The notes under the pieces were generated by a model. The model made no database searches and was not told where the DNA came from. It saw only the letters and a list, made by a program, of their open reading frames with translations. Made by a program: the position numbers and the translations under genes. Of a stretch of 26,536 bases of DNA, positions 8,453 to 15,271 are shown piece after piece. The stretch lies in IMG/VR virus record IMGVR_UViG_3300011339_000753, positions 1 through 26,536 of that record. One strand, written 5' to 3'. This DNA comes from a virus. Lineage: Duplodnaviria; Caudoviricetes. How positions within the stretch are numbered: position 1 is the first letter of the stretch; the number at the start of each line of letters is the position of its first letter.

Positions 8453-8799
8453 GTGATGCTCACTGTCACTGAACCGACAACGCCCTGCGCAATGAGCGCC
8501 TGGTCCTGCACATACGGACGCATGTCAGCGGGGCCTTGGACGCTGCCGTAGCTTTGAAAGGCCGTAAAGCCTGGCGCGCCAACAAAGACGGACACAGGCT
8601 CAATACGATCGGGTCTTGGGTCACGCAATGCAATCGCGTCACCTCGATAGCGCAGCGGCTCGAGCTGCGGCTCTTTTGGCTCGTAATCGTCGGGGCAGAC
8701 CATGAACCCGCGCCAGTTCTTACGCAGTGTGTTGTACTTGTAGCGTTGGCCACAGTAGTCGCACAAGCCATAGGAGAACTTGCCGGTTGCATAGGCCAT
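8449..8799 (-). CDS. Conserved hypothetical protein with N-terminal Zn-ribbon-like motif
   Basis: 116 aa; CDYCGQRY...W.G..VCPDDYEPKEPQ...DPRPD; ATGA coupling. Confidence 0.8.
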   Translation of the reverse strand: MAYATGKFSYGLCDYCGQRYKYNTLRKNWRGFMVCPDDYEPKEPQLEPLRYRGDAIALRDPRPDRIEPVSVFVGAPGFTAFQSYGSVQGPADMRPYVQDQALIAQGVVGSVTVSIT

Positions 8800-8800
8800 G

Positions 8801-9466
8801 TCACACCCCCAGGTCCGGTACGAACTGCACGCTGGCAGTGTCGCGGTCCTCCATCGCTGCGCGGAGGAAGTCCTCCTCGTAGATCGCCTTGAGCGCCGAA
8901 GCGCGTTCAGCGGCGAACTTGAGCGACAGGTAATAGGCCAAGCCTGATGTCAGGCAAGGCAGGAACCGGAAGTTGACGTCGGCATCGTTTGTGTACGCGC
9001 CTGCGTCCTGAATGCGACGGATGCGGTAGTACACAAAGGTGTAGTTTTGGTCCGCTGCCGGATAGAAAAACACCTTGGGGATGTTGGTGCGCTGGACGTA
9101 GAACTGCGCAGGGCGTGCCTGCGTGGTCTTGTCCGGCACATTAAGCCAGTCTTCCCGGCTGATTCGCTCAATGTAAACGTCGGTGTTTGTGCCTTGGTTG
9201 TTTTGGCGAATGATAGCTTCGAGCACGTTGACAACAGAAGCATCCAGCGAGATTTCGTTGATGCCTTGCGTCAACTCGTACGTCGCTTGCTCAATCGTCC
9301 ACAGGTTCAAGCCGCGATTGGCCCAATCGAGAAAGAGCAAGTTGAGCGAGCGGCGTGCAGACGTGAGTTGGTACCCACTGGTCGGCCTCATGCCGCAGCG
9401 CTCAAATGCCTCTTCGATTAAGTCATCAATCGACAGGTTAAATGTGGTTGTGCCCGAGGTGGCCAT
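8801..9466 (-). CDS. Head-tail connector/adaptor-type virion protein
   Basis: 221 aa; ATSGTTTFNL.IDDLIEEAFERCG, ARRSLNLLF..WANRGLNLW, RFLPCL.SGLAYYLS.K motifs. Confidence 0.8.
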   Translation of the reverse strand: MATSGTTTFNLSIDDLIEEAFERCGMRPTSGYQLTSARRSLNLLFLDWANRGLNLWTIEQATYELTQGINEISLDASVVNVLEAIIRQNNQGTNTDVYIERISREDWLNVPDKTTQARPAQFYVQRTNIPKVFFYPAADQNYTFVYYRIRRIQDAGAYTNDADVNFRFLPCLTSGLAYYLSLKFAAERASALKAIYEEDFLRAAMEDRDTASVQFVPDLGV

Positions 9467-9703
9467 TTAGCACATGCCGCCTTTTTTGTAGCCCTTGGCC
9501 ATCATGCCACCGCCCATTTTGCCGATGGGCTTGCCCATGGCCATGCGCTTGTGCTCATTCATGCCGCCTTTGTTGGCTGCGCCACCTTTTTTCATCATCA
9601 CGGGACCAGTAGTTTTACTGGGAGCACCCATGATTTTGTTTTTTGGACCGCTCTCAACGGCACCGCCGCCACGTGTGGCGCAACCCATTCCTTTTCCAGC
9701 CAT
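9467..9703 (-). CDS. Small basic Lys/Met/Gly-rich protein (78 aa)
   Basis: RBS AGGAG; stop abuts next ATG; 21 G, 13 K, 12 M by hand count; MKKGG and YKKGG motifs. Confidence 0.8.
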   Translation of the reverse strand: MAGKGMGCATRGGGAVESGPKNKIMGAPSKTTGPVMMKKGGAANKGGMNEHKRMAMGKPIGKMGGGMMAKGYKKGGMC

Positions 9704-9705
9704 GA

Positions 9706-9921
9706 TTAAGCTCCTTTTTTCATTGCACGGCCCTTGACGTCGGCCGTTTTACGTTTCACCGCACGACCCATCTTGTCGGCCATGTCAGAGTTCTTCATCA
9801 TCTTGCCGTTGGGCATCTTGTGCATGCCTGCCGCGCCGCCTTTTTTCATTTTGCCAACGCCATCAGCGGCAAAAGACGGCACTGATTTGCCGCCTTTTTT
9901 GACCATTTTCATTGTTGCCAT
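9706..9921 (-). CDS. Small basic Lys/Met-rich protein (71 aa)
   Basis: RBS AAGGA; 16 K, 11 M by hand count; VPSFAADGVGKMKKGG and MHKMPNGKMM motifs. Confidence 0.8.
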   Translation of the reverse strand: MATMKMVKKGGKSVPSFAADGVGKMKKGGAAGMHKMPNGKMMKNSDMADKMGRAVKRKTADVKGRAMKKGA

Positions 9922-9925
9922 GTCA

Positions 9926-10168
9926 TCATCCTTTTCTCATGTCGTCGAGCTTTTGCTCGAGTCGGTTGAATCTCTGATCCATGTGAACAACCAGTTTCTC
10001 AACCCGGTCATCCACTTCCTTGCGGGTAATGTGGTCCCTAGCAACCTCCTCGCGGGTGCGGTTCAGCAAGATGCTGATCCGCCCGAGCTCATCGAACTTG
10101 CTTTTAAGCAAAAATCCCATGAGACCCACAATGGCTGTTAACACCACGTTCCATACCATCATCTCCAC
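9926..10168 (-). CDS. Small membrane protein (one TM helix + coiled coil)
   Basis: GTG start with RBS GGAGG; VWNVVLTAIVGLMGFLL followed by heptad-like C-terminus. Confidence 0.75.
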   Translation of the reverse strand: MEMMVWNVVLTAIVGLMGFLLKSKFDELGRISILLNRTREEVARDHITRKEVDDRVEKLVVHMDQRFNRLEQKLDDMRKG

Positions 10169-10456
10169 TTAACACCTCCAGCGCTTTCGCGCCTGACGAA
10201 GGCGACTATCCGGGTCCTTGGCGGCCTCTGGGAACTGCTTCATCTGGCCCTCAGAGCGTGCGCAATAGGATGCGCGGCGCTTTGCCTGAGCAGGTGACGG
10301 ATTCTTCTCCGTCACAGCCGTTTTTAGTTTGCTTCCAGGGTTTGCCTTGCGATACGCTTTGACACCTTTTTCGGTCATGCCGGCTCCCGCCTTGGTAGGG
10401 CGGAAATTGCCGCTCTTAACCGAGGTTTTGATGCCCATGCCCTTTTTGGTTGCCAT
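10169..10456 (-). CDS. Basic phage protein, DUF6321-like
   Basis: GMTEKGVKAYRKANPGSKLK...KRRASYCARS...DPDSRLRQARKRWRC motif. Confidence 0.8.
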   Translation of the reverse strand: MATKKGMGIKTSVKSGNFRPTKAGAGMTEKGVKAYRKANPGSKLKTAVTEKNPSPAQAKRRASYCARSEGQMKQFPEAAKDPDSRLRQARKRWRC

Positions 10457-10755
10457 TACGCAGCTGCTCCACCTTCAAACAACAAGGTCACGCTGGTCAA
10501 ATCGGCAGAGCCAAAGGCAATGTAGATGCCGTTTTCAAACAGAATGCCCATGTCGGGGATGATCAGGTCTTGAGAACCTGCGGATGCAGGAGTCGCCAGA
10601 GACAAACGGGCTGTGCCGCTGCTGCCACCATCCTTGAGGATGAGGGTAGAAGCGGTTGCCGTGTTTGTGAAATAGACCCCCAGCAGACGTGTGCGGCCAG
10701 AGACGGCGTCGGCTGACGTCGTCTTCTGTACCGACTTGATATTGCTGGCGCTCAT
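10456..10755 (-). CDS. Small beta-rich virion structural protein
   Basis: 99 aa; RBS GGAGG at 10761-10765; RTRLLGVY...LKDGG.SG...P..GILFENGIY. Confidence 0.8.
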   Translation of the reverse strand: MSASNIKSVQKTTSADAVSGRTRLLGVYFTNTATASTLILKDGGSSGTARLSLATPASAGSQDLIIPDMGILFENGIYIAFGSADLTSVTLLFEGGAAA

Positions 10756-10767
10756 GTCGGCCTCCTA

Positions 10768-11113
10768 TTACGAGGCTTGCGTGAAGGTCACACCAGCTGC
10801 AACAGCACAGAATGCTTTGGCAAACCAAGAGGCCGGCAGCGTTGTACTGCTGGCCTTTGATGATGTTCGCGCTGGCAGCAGTCACGATGGTGTAGCTAGC
10901 GCCAGACGGGGCAGACTTCACGATGAACGTGAAAGACAAGCCAGCAGCGGGGGCGGGCAAAGTGGTGGCGAATTCGGTAGCCGAATCCAGGAAGTAGACG
11001 TTGCCAGAATCGGCAGCAGTCAGGGTGGAAGCAGCGGTCAGTGCGCTTTGGGCGACGGGGCCGATGAAACCGGCATTAGATTTGACCGGTCCGCTAAACG
11101 TGGTTAGGCTCAT
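10768..11113 (-). pseudogene. Capsid-associated small protein gene broken by a frameshift near 10832 (probable internal deletion or assembly error)
   Basis: Start frame reads ...ANIIKGQQYNAAG then degenerates; a shifted frame gives a natural C-terminus SWFAKAFCAVAAGVTFTQAS ending TAA TAG (10770-10765) at the next gene's RBS. Confidence 0.75.
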
Positions 11114-11195
11114 GATAGTTCCTCACATGCGATTGAAGGCACATCTGTCTGCATGTCGTCAGCCGGGACTGTCAGATGTACCGGAAACCCCGGAA
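11114..11195 (-). ncRNA. Structured RNA element downstream of the gpT-like capsid gene (candidate Mu-gpT-DE motif)
   Basis: 10-bp stem 11173-11182/11138-11147, plus two crossing 6-bp pairings 11188-11193/11163-11168 and 11151-11156/11125-11130; location fits the Mu-gpT-DE description. Confidence 0.6.
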
Positions 11196-11217
11196 TGGGT
11201 CCAATATAACCCATTTA

Positions 11218-11251
11218 CAAAAAAAGAAAAAGGGGCCGAAGCCCCTTTTTT
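11218..11251 (-). terminator. Rho-independent terminator after the major capsid gene (possibly bidirectional)
   Basis: mRNA GGGGC-UUCG-GCCCC followed by a long U-rich tract; A/T tracts on both sides. Confidence 0.9.
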
Positions 11252-11280
11252 CTCGGCCGGGAACCCCCAACCCTTTTCGC

Positions 11281-12189
11281 TTAGGCTGCGCCAGGCGAAC
11301 CGAACAGACCGCGTGGGTCGCTGAAGCCGAAGCTGTAGCGCTCACGAGCCTTGTAGCGGACGTTACCAGTGTCGAAGTCGCCTTCGAAACCAGTCTTGAG
11401 CGACACACGCTCAAACATCTTCATGCCGTTAGGCGCATCGGTACGGATGAACCATGCGTCAGGGTCGGTCAAGAAGTGGTTGACGGTGTAGCCTTGAGGC
11501 ACCATGCCCATGTTGCGAACAGCGTTGATGTCGTTGTCTGCAGTGCCAGTGCGCAAGGTGGACTTCAGGATACGGTCACCCGTGAACTGGAGTTCCTTAG
11601 GCAGGATCAACTTCAGACCTTGGACAGCGATCTTCAAGCCGCGTTCATCAGTGAACGCTGCGATGTCGATCAAGGCTTGTTCCAAGGAAGTCTCGGACAA
11701 GTCGGCAGCTGTTGCCAGGGTGTTGGACAGGTTAGGACCAGACAAAGTGGGGTGGTTGGTTGCGCAGAGAGCAACACCGTCGCCACCGATAGAGGTGGTG
11801 AAAGCGCCGTTCAACACAGCAGCCGCCTTGATTTGCTTGGTCTGTGCCATCGAGCGGGCCAGAGCCTTGGTGTAGCGGGCAGACAAGCGGTCGTAGAGGT
11901 TATCTTCAACAGCTTCTTCTGTCAGCGAGAACGCCAAAGCGATGGTCTCGTGGGTGTAGCGAGCAGTGTAGACCTCTTGTGCCTGGTCGTATGCAACGCC
12001 AGAACCTTCAGTCTTCACAGGAGCTTCGCCAAAGCCAGATTCCATCACCTCTTCTTCAAACGCACGGTCAGAAGATTCGATGGTATAGATTTGGGTGTGC
12101 TCATTCTCGTAGTTTTTGTACTCGAGGCCGAACAGAGCATTGAGACCTGGCTCAAGCTCTTTCACCAGTTGTGCACGTGAAATTGCCAT
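11281..12189 (-). CDS. Major capsid protein (Mu gpT-like, HK97 fold)
   Basis: 302 aa; MAISRAQLVKELEPGLNALFG, K.EG..V.YD, DGVAL...HP, NH.LTD.DAWF, F.TGN.RYKARERYSFG..DPRG; RBS AGGAG; strong terminator downstream. Confidence 0.9.
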   Translation of the reverse strand: MAISRAQLVKELEPGLNALFGLEYKNYENEHTQIYTIESSDRAFEEEVMESGFGEAPVKTEGSGVAYDQAQEVYTARYTHETIALAFSLTEEAVEDNLYDRLSARYTKALARSMAQTKQIKAAAVLNGAFTTSIGGDGVALCATNHPTLSGPNLSNTLATAADLSETSLEQALIDIAAFTDERGLKIAVQGLKLILPKELQFTGDRILKSTLRTGTADNDINAVRNMGMVPQGYTVNHFLTDPDAWFIRTDAPNGMKMFERVSLKTGFEGDFDTGNVRYKARERYSFGFSDPRGLFGSPGAA

Positions 12190-12200
12190 GATTGATCTCC

Positions 12201-12782
12201 TTAGGTGCTAAAGCCCGGCGTGCCAGTGCTGCCGTACATGTGCTCGTTAATCTTCACAACGAGAACGGCGTATTGGCCCATCTCATTGCCTGGTACGTTC
12301 CACAAACCCACTGCCTTCAAGTTGGCAGCTGCTGCTTCGGTAAACGTGCCGCTCATGCTCATATTGGACACACCAGTGGTGGTGCTACCAGTAGTAGAAG
12401 CAGTGATGTCAGCGTTTGTGCCGATGTTTGCTTGGGTGGGAGTGCCCGCGTTCTGGATGATGAACAACTGGCTGGGATCGTCGATCACGTCAGCCACGAT
12501 CTGGCCAGCAGTGATGTTGACAGAACCAGGGTAGTAGTTCTTCCAGGTTGGCTTGCCAGTGGTGGGGTCAATATATTGACAACCATTGAACACTCCTACG
12601 GCCACAGTGTGGTCGGTGTTGTTGAACTTAACCAAGTAACCATTGTCGATGGTCACGAGGTCGCCTTGATAAATCGCTCCGGACTGGTTATCAGCAATCA
12701 AGTAGCCGTACTGTTTCTGTGAACCAGTAGCAGACAGATTGCCGAGAGGACGCAGACCAAAGGGCTTATTTACGTTTGCCAT
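12201..12782 (-). CDS. Capsid decoration / minor capsid protein
   Basis: 193 aa; MAN...PFGLRP, I.QGDLV, GVFNGC.Y.DPTTGKP, V.DDP...F; immediately upstream of the MCP. Confidence 0.75.
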   Translation of the reverse strand: MANVNKPFGLRPLGNLSATGSQKQYGYLIADNQSGAIYQGDLVTIDNGYLVKFNNTDHTVAVGVFNGCQYIDPTTGKPTWKNYYPGSVNITAGQIVADVIDDPSQLFIIQNAGTPTQANIGTNADITASTTGSTTTGVSNMSMSGTFTEAAAANLKAVGLWNVPGNEMGQYAVLVVKINEHMYGSTGTPGFST

Positions 12783-12810
12783 TTGATATTTCCTTCAAAA
12801 AGTGGTCTCG

Positions 12811-13290
12811 TCAGCCCTTGTTAGAGCCGCCGAATGAAACGCGGGACTGGCGAGTCGGACGTTGAATGGTCATGCTGTTGTGAGCATTGGCCTTCATCAG
12901 TTCGTTATCGGCAGCCTGCAATTGGTCGTTCGCTCGATCTCGGTAATACGCATTGCGTTCTGCAACTGTTTCCTCAGGAATACGTGCTAGGAGCAGACCT
13001 CCCACGCTGATCACACCAGCATGTCGGCCGTCTTCTATTGTTGGGACGTGATAGTCAGGGTACTCGTCCCCACGAACCAGCTCATACCCCTCGCGGAGCT
13101 TTCCAGAGATGTTCGTGCGGTCGTCCATACCACCAGCTTCAGCCCGAATCCAACGGTGCTTGTATCCAGGAGGCGCAGGAGGCGCATCCAGTCGTGAAGG
13201 GGGAGCCCAAGGCTTACGTCGCGCATCTTTCTCTCGGGATTCGGCCCCGCGAGAACTGCGATTGAGTGTAGGTACTTTAACGTCTGACAT
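12811..13290 (-). CDS. Conserved head-module protein
   Basis: 159 aa; W.PPSRLDAPPAPPGYKHRWIR, KLREGYELVR, VGGLLLARIP; lies between scaffold and decoration genes. Confidence 0.8.
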   Translation of the reverse strand: MSDVKVPTLNRSSRGAESREKDARRKPWAPPSRLDAPPAPPGYKHRWIRAEAGGMDDRTNISGKLREGYELVRGDEYPDYHVPTIEDGRHAGVISVGGLLLARIPEETVAERNAYYRDRANDQLQAADNELMKANAHNSMTIQRPTRQSRVSFGGSNKG

Positions 13291-13294
13291 GGTC

Positions 13295-14236
13295 TTACTC
13301 CTTTACGTACTTGGCGTATTCCTCAAGAGGAACACCCAGCTTTTTGGCAATTGCAACTTGACTTGGTGTCAACTTGACAGTGCGGCGTGCGTTGTTAAAA
13401 CCCGATGATCGGGATGCAGGTGCCACCGTTTGCACGGGTCTGGTGGTTCTGTTAGTTTGCGCTTGCTGCTGAACGCCACCCAATTTCTGGGGGAATGTCT
13501 GCTTTAAGCGGTTGTCTAGCTCATCATAATACTCATTGCTGTTCGGGTCAAATCCCTCAACTTGAATCAACTGTCGATGGATTCCCCAGGCTGCATGGGT
13601 CATGGCGGTATCTCGGCCGTACCAGGGATTGCGCTCGGCCCATTCCTCTACTCGAGGATCGACTTCCTGCTGTATTTGGACCTGCGGCTGCTGGGCAGCT
13701 TGCTGGGCGGCGAGTTGTTGCTGCTGGGCCCACTGCTGGGCTTGCTGCTCGCGTTGCTGGGTGGCGACAGCGATCTGGTTTTGCTCCATGGTCAACGCTG
13801 TAAGGCGTTGCTGGGCTTCCGTCTCGGTGTCAATGTCACCCTCTTCGCGGGCCTTGCGGATGATCTGCTTGAGTGCCACAACCTGTGTCTGCACACGGCC
13901 ATGGGCCTCGCCCAAACGCTCGCTGTCAGCAGTCATAAATTGCTGTTCGAGTTGCTGGGCACGGGCTTGCACGCTCTTGGCGTATTCCAGGGCTGCTTGC
14001 TCGCGTCGCTGGGTCTCGCGCAGGCGCGCGGTCAGCTTGTCGATGCGCTTTTTCACGCCCTCGCTGTACTGGTCAAGTTCACCGCTTGCAGCTTGGCCAT
14101 CACTGGCTTGCTGCGTGGGCGTCTCGACCGCAGGGGGCTGCTGCTTGTCCATCAATTCGGCTTCACCGTCTTCCCCAATGGAGACGGTGGCAGGCTTTTC
14201 GTCCTCGCCGATTTTGAACTCTAGTTCGTCATTCAT
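13295..14236 (-). CDS. Scaffolding protein
   Basis: Acidic N-terminus, long Q/E coiled coil (KKRIDKLT), W...NPWYG, C-terminal VKLTPSQVAIAKKLGVPLEEYAKY; RBS AAGGAG. Confidence 0.8.
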   Translation of the reverse strand: MNDELEFKIGEDEKPATVSIGEDGEAELMDKQQPPAVETPTQQASDGQAASGELDQYSEGVKKRIDKLTARLRETQRREQAALEYAKSVQARAQQLEQQFMTADSERLGEAHGRVQTQVVALKQIIRKAREEGDIDTETEAQQRLTALTMEQNQIAVATQQREQQAQQWAQQQQLAAQQAAQQPQVQIQQEVDPRVEEWAERNPWYGRDTAMTHAAWGIHRQLIQVEGFDPNSNEYYDELDNRLKQTFPQKLGGVQQQAQTNRTTRPVQTVAPASRSSGFNNARRTVKLTPSQVAIAKKLGVPLEEYAKYVKE

Positions 14237-14248
14237 GTCATTGCTCCT

Positions 14249-14725
14249 TTACATGTGCAGAATGTCTTCAGGGCTGTTTACGACAGCCAACACCTCATCG
14301 TCGTTCAACAGACGAATCTCACCACCGTCGATCGGGATGCGTGCACCTGCATAGCGACCAAAGATGATCCAGTCACCCTCCTTGCACCAAGGACCGCCAG
14401 GGAATTTACCCTCGTCGGCATAGGCAAGGTCGCCCACTTTCAAGACGTAGCCGCACGTGGTGCCAAGCTGTGTCTTGCGCTGCGTTTCTTCGGCCAGGAC
14501 GATGCCGCCCTTGGTCTTTTCCGCGCCGCGATAGGGCAGGATGGCAATGCGCCACCCGGTGGGTTTTGGGATGGTGTCGATGACGGCTTGGTCGAGCTTC
14601 TCGGGGTCAAACCCGAGCTCGGTGTAAGCGTCTTCAAGGGCAGGCTGCTTGTTGGCGGCTTCTTCTGCCCATTTACGCTCCAAGGCGGTCATGTTGATTT
14701 CAGGGATCACTGCTTCGGCTTCCAT
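14249..14725 (-). CDS. groES: GroES/Cpn10-like co-chaperonin with N-terminal extension
   Basis: PTGWRI, mobile loop KTKGGIVL, VLKVG, EGDW..FGRYAG..I, LLNDDEVLA; preferred start ATG 14725 (RBS AAGGA). Confidence 0.9.
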   Translation of the reverse strand: MEAEAVIPEINMTALERKWAEEAANKQPALEDAYTELGFDPEKLDQAVIDTIPKPTGWRIAILPYRGAEKTKGGIVLAEETQRKTQLGTTCGYVLKVGDLAYADEGKFPGGPWCKEGDWIIFGRYAGARIPIDGGEIRLLNDDEVLAVVNSPEDILHM

Positions 14726-14735
14726 GGTCTTCCTT

Positions 14736-14939
14736 TCACTTGAGAAAATCGTCGGCATCGTCAGTTACTTTTTTGAGTAACTCTTTCACGGAGTCTTCGA
14801 CCATTCTCAAACCCTCAAGGCGACCCATCATGAAGCGATACCGCTCCATGTCTGTGATGGTTCCGTTCAGGACAATCTGTTTGGATTGATCCTGGAGTTT
14901 CCTGATTTCCTTCAGAACTGCTTCTGCAAATTCAAGCAT
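14736..14939 (-). CDS. Hypothetical protein (67 aa)
   Basis: MLEFAEAVLKEIRK...G.ITDMERYRFMMGRLEGL; start ATG 14939 preferred over the track start. Confidence 0.75.
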   Translation of the reverse strand: MLEFAEAVLKEIRKLQDQSKQIVLNGTITDMERYRFMMGRLEGLRMVEDSVKELLKKVTDDADDFLK

Positions 14940-14956
14940 GGTGGTTTCCATGAAAA

Positions 14957-14981
14957 GCAGATGGTACAAGGCCCCATCTGT
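14957..14981 (-). promoter_or_regulatory. Leader hairpin upstream of the 67-aa/groES unit
   Basis: mRNA CAGAUGG-9nt-CCAUCUG followed by CUUUU. Confidence 0.45.
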
Positions 14982-14998
14982 TAGCACTCACTGACGAA

Positions 14999-15271
14999 TC
15001 AGTATATCTTAACTGGACGGTTTGCGTCCTTCTTTTTCACAACCATTGAAGGGCCTTGAGTACCAGGTGGCGACTTAATTACGTCACCGCCCTTGGCCAT
15101 CTTCTTGGTCTTGCCCGCCTTTTCGTAGGCAATGGCAGCTGCTTGTTTTACAGCTGCTGCTTTGCTCTTTGGCTTGCTGGTTCCGATCGCGCCCGACTCC
15201 TTAAAGTCGCGCACGAGTGTGCCGATGTTCTTGCTGATTGTCTTTTGACTCGAACCCTTTTTAAGCGGCAT
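14999..15271 (-). CDS. Small basic protein (90 aa), DUF6496-like
   Basis: True start ATG 15271 with RBS GGAGG: MPLKKGSSQKTISKNI...KQAAAIAYEKAG...MAKGG; overlaps portal stop. Confidence 0.8.
   Translation of the reverse strand: MPLKKGSSQKTISKNIGTLVRDFKESGAIGTSKPKSKAAAVKQAAAIAYEKAGKTKKMAKGGDVIKSPPGTQGPSMVVKKKDANRPVKIY

Noticed and set aside
10535-10767. C-terminal half of the track's 192-aa ORF
   Set aside because: Out-of-frame read-through after the frameshift; overlaps the genuine 99-aa gene
12170-12185. Second parS-like sequence ttgtgcacgtgaaatt at the MCP start
   Set aside because: Four mismatches in the outer arms and explained by the coding sequence
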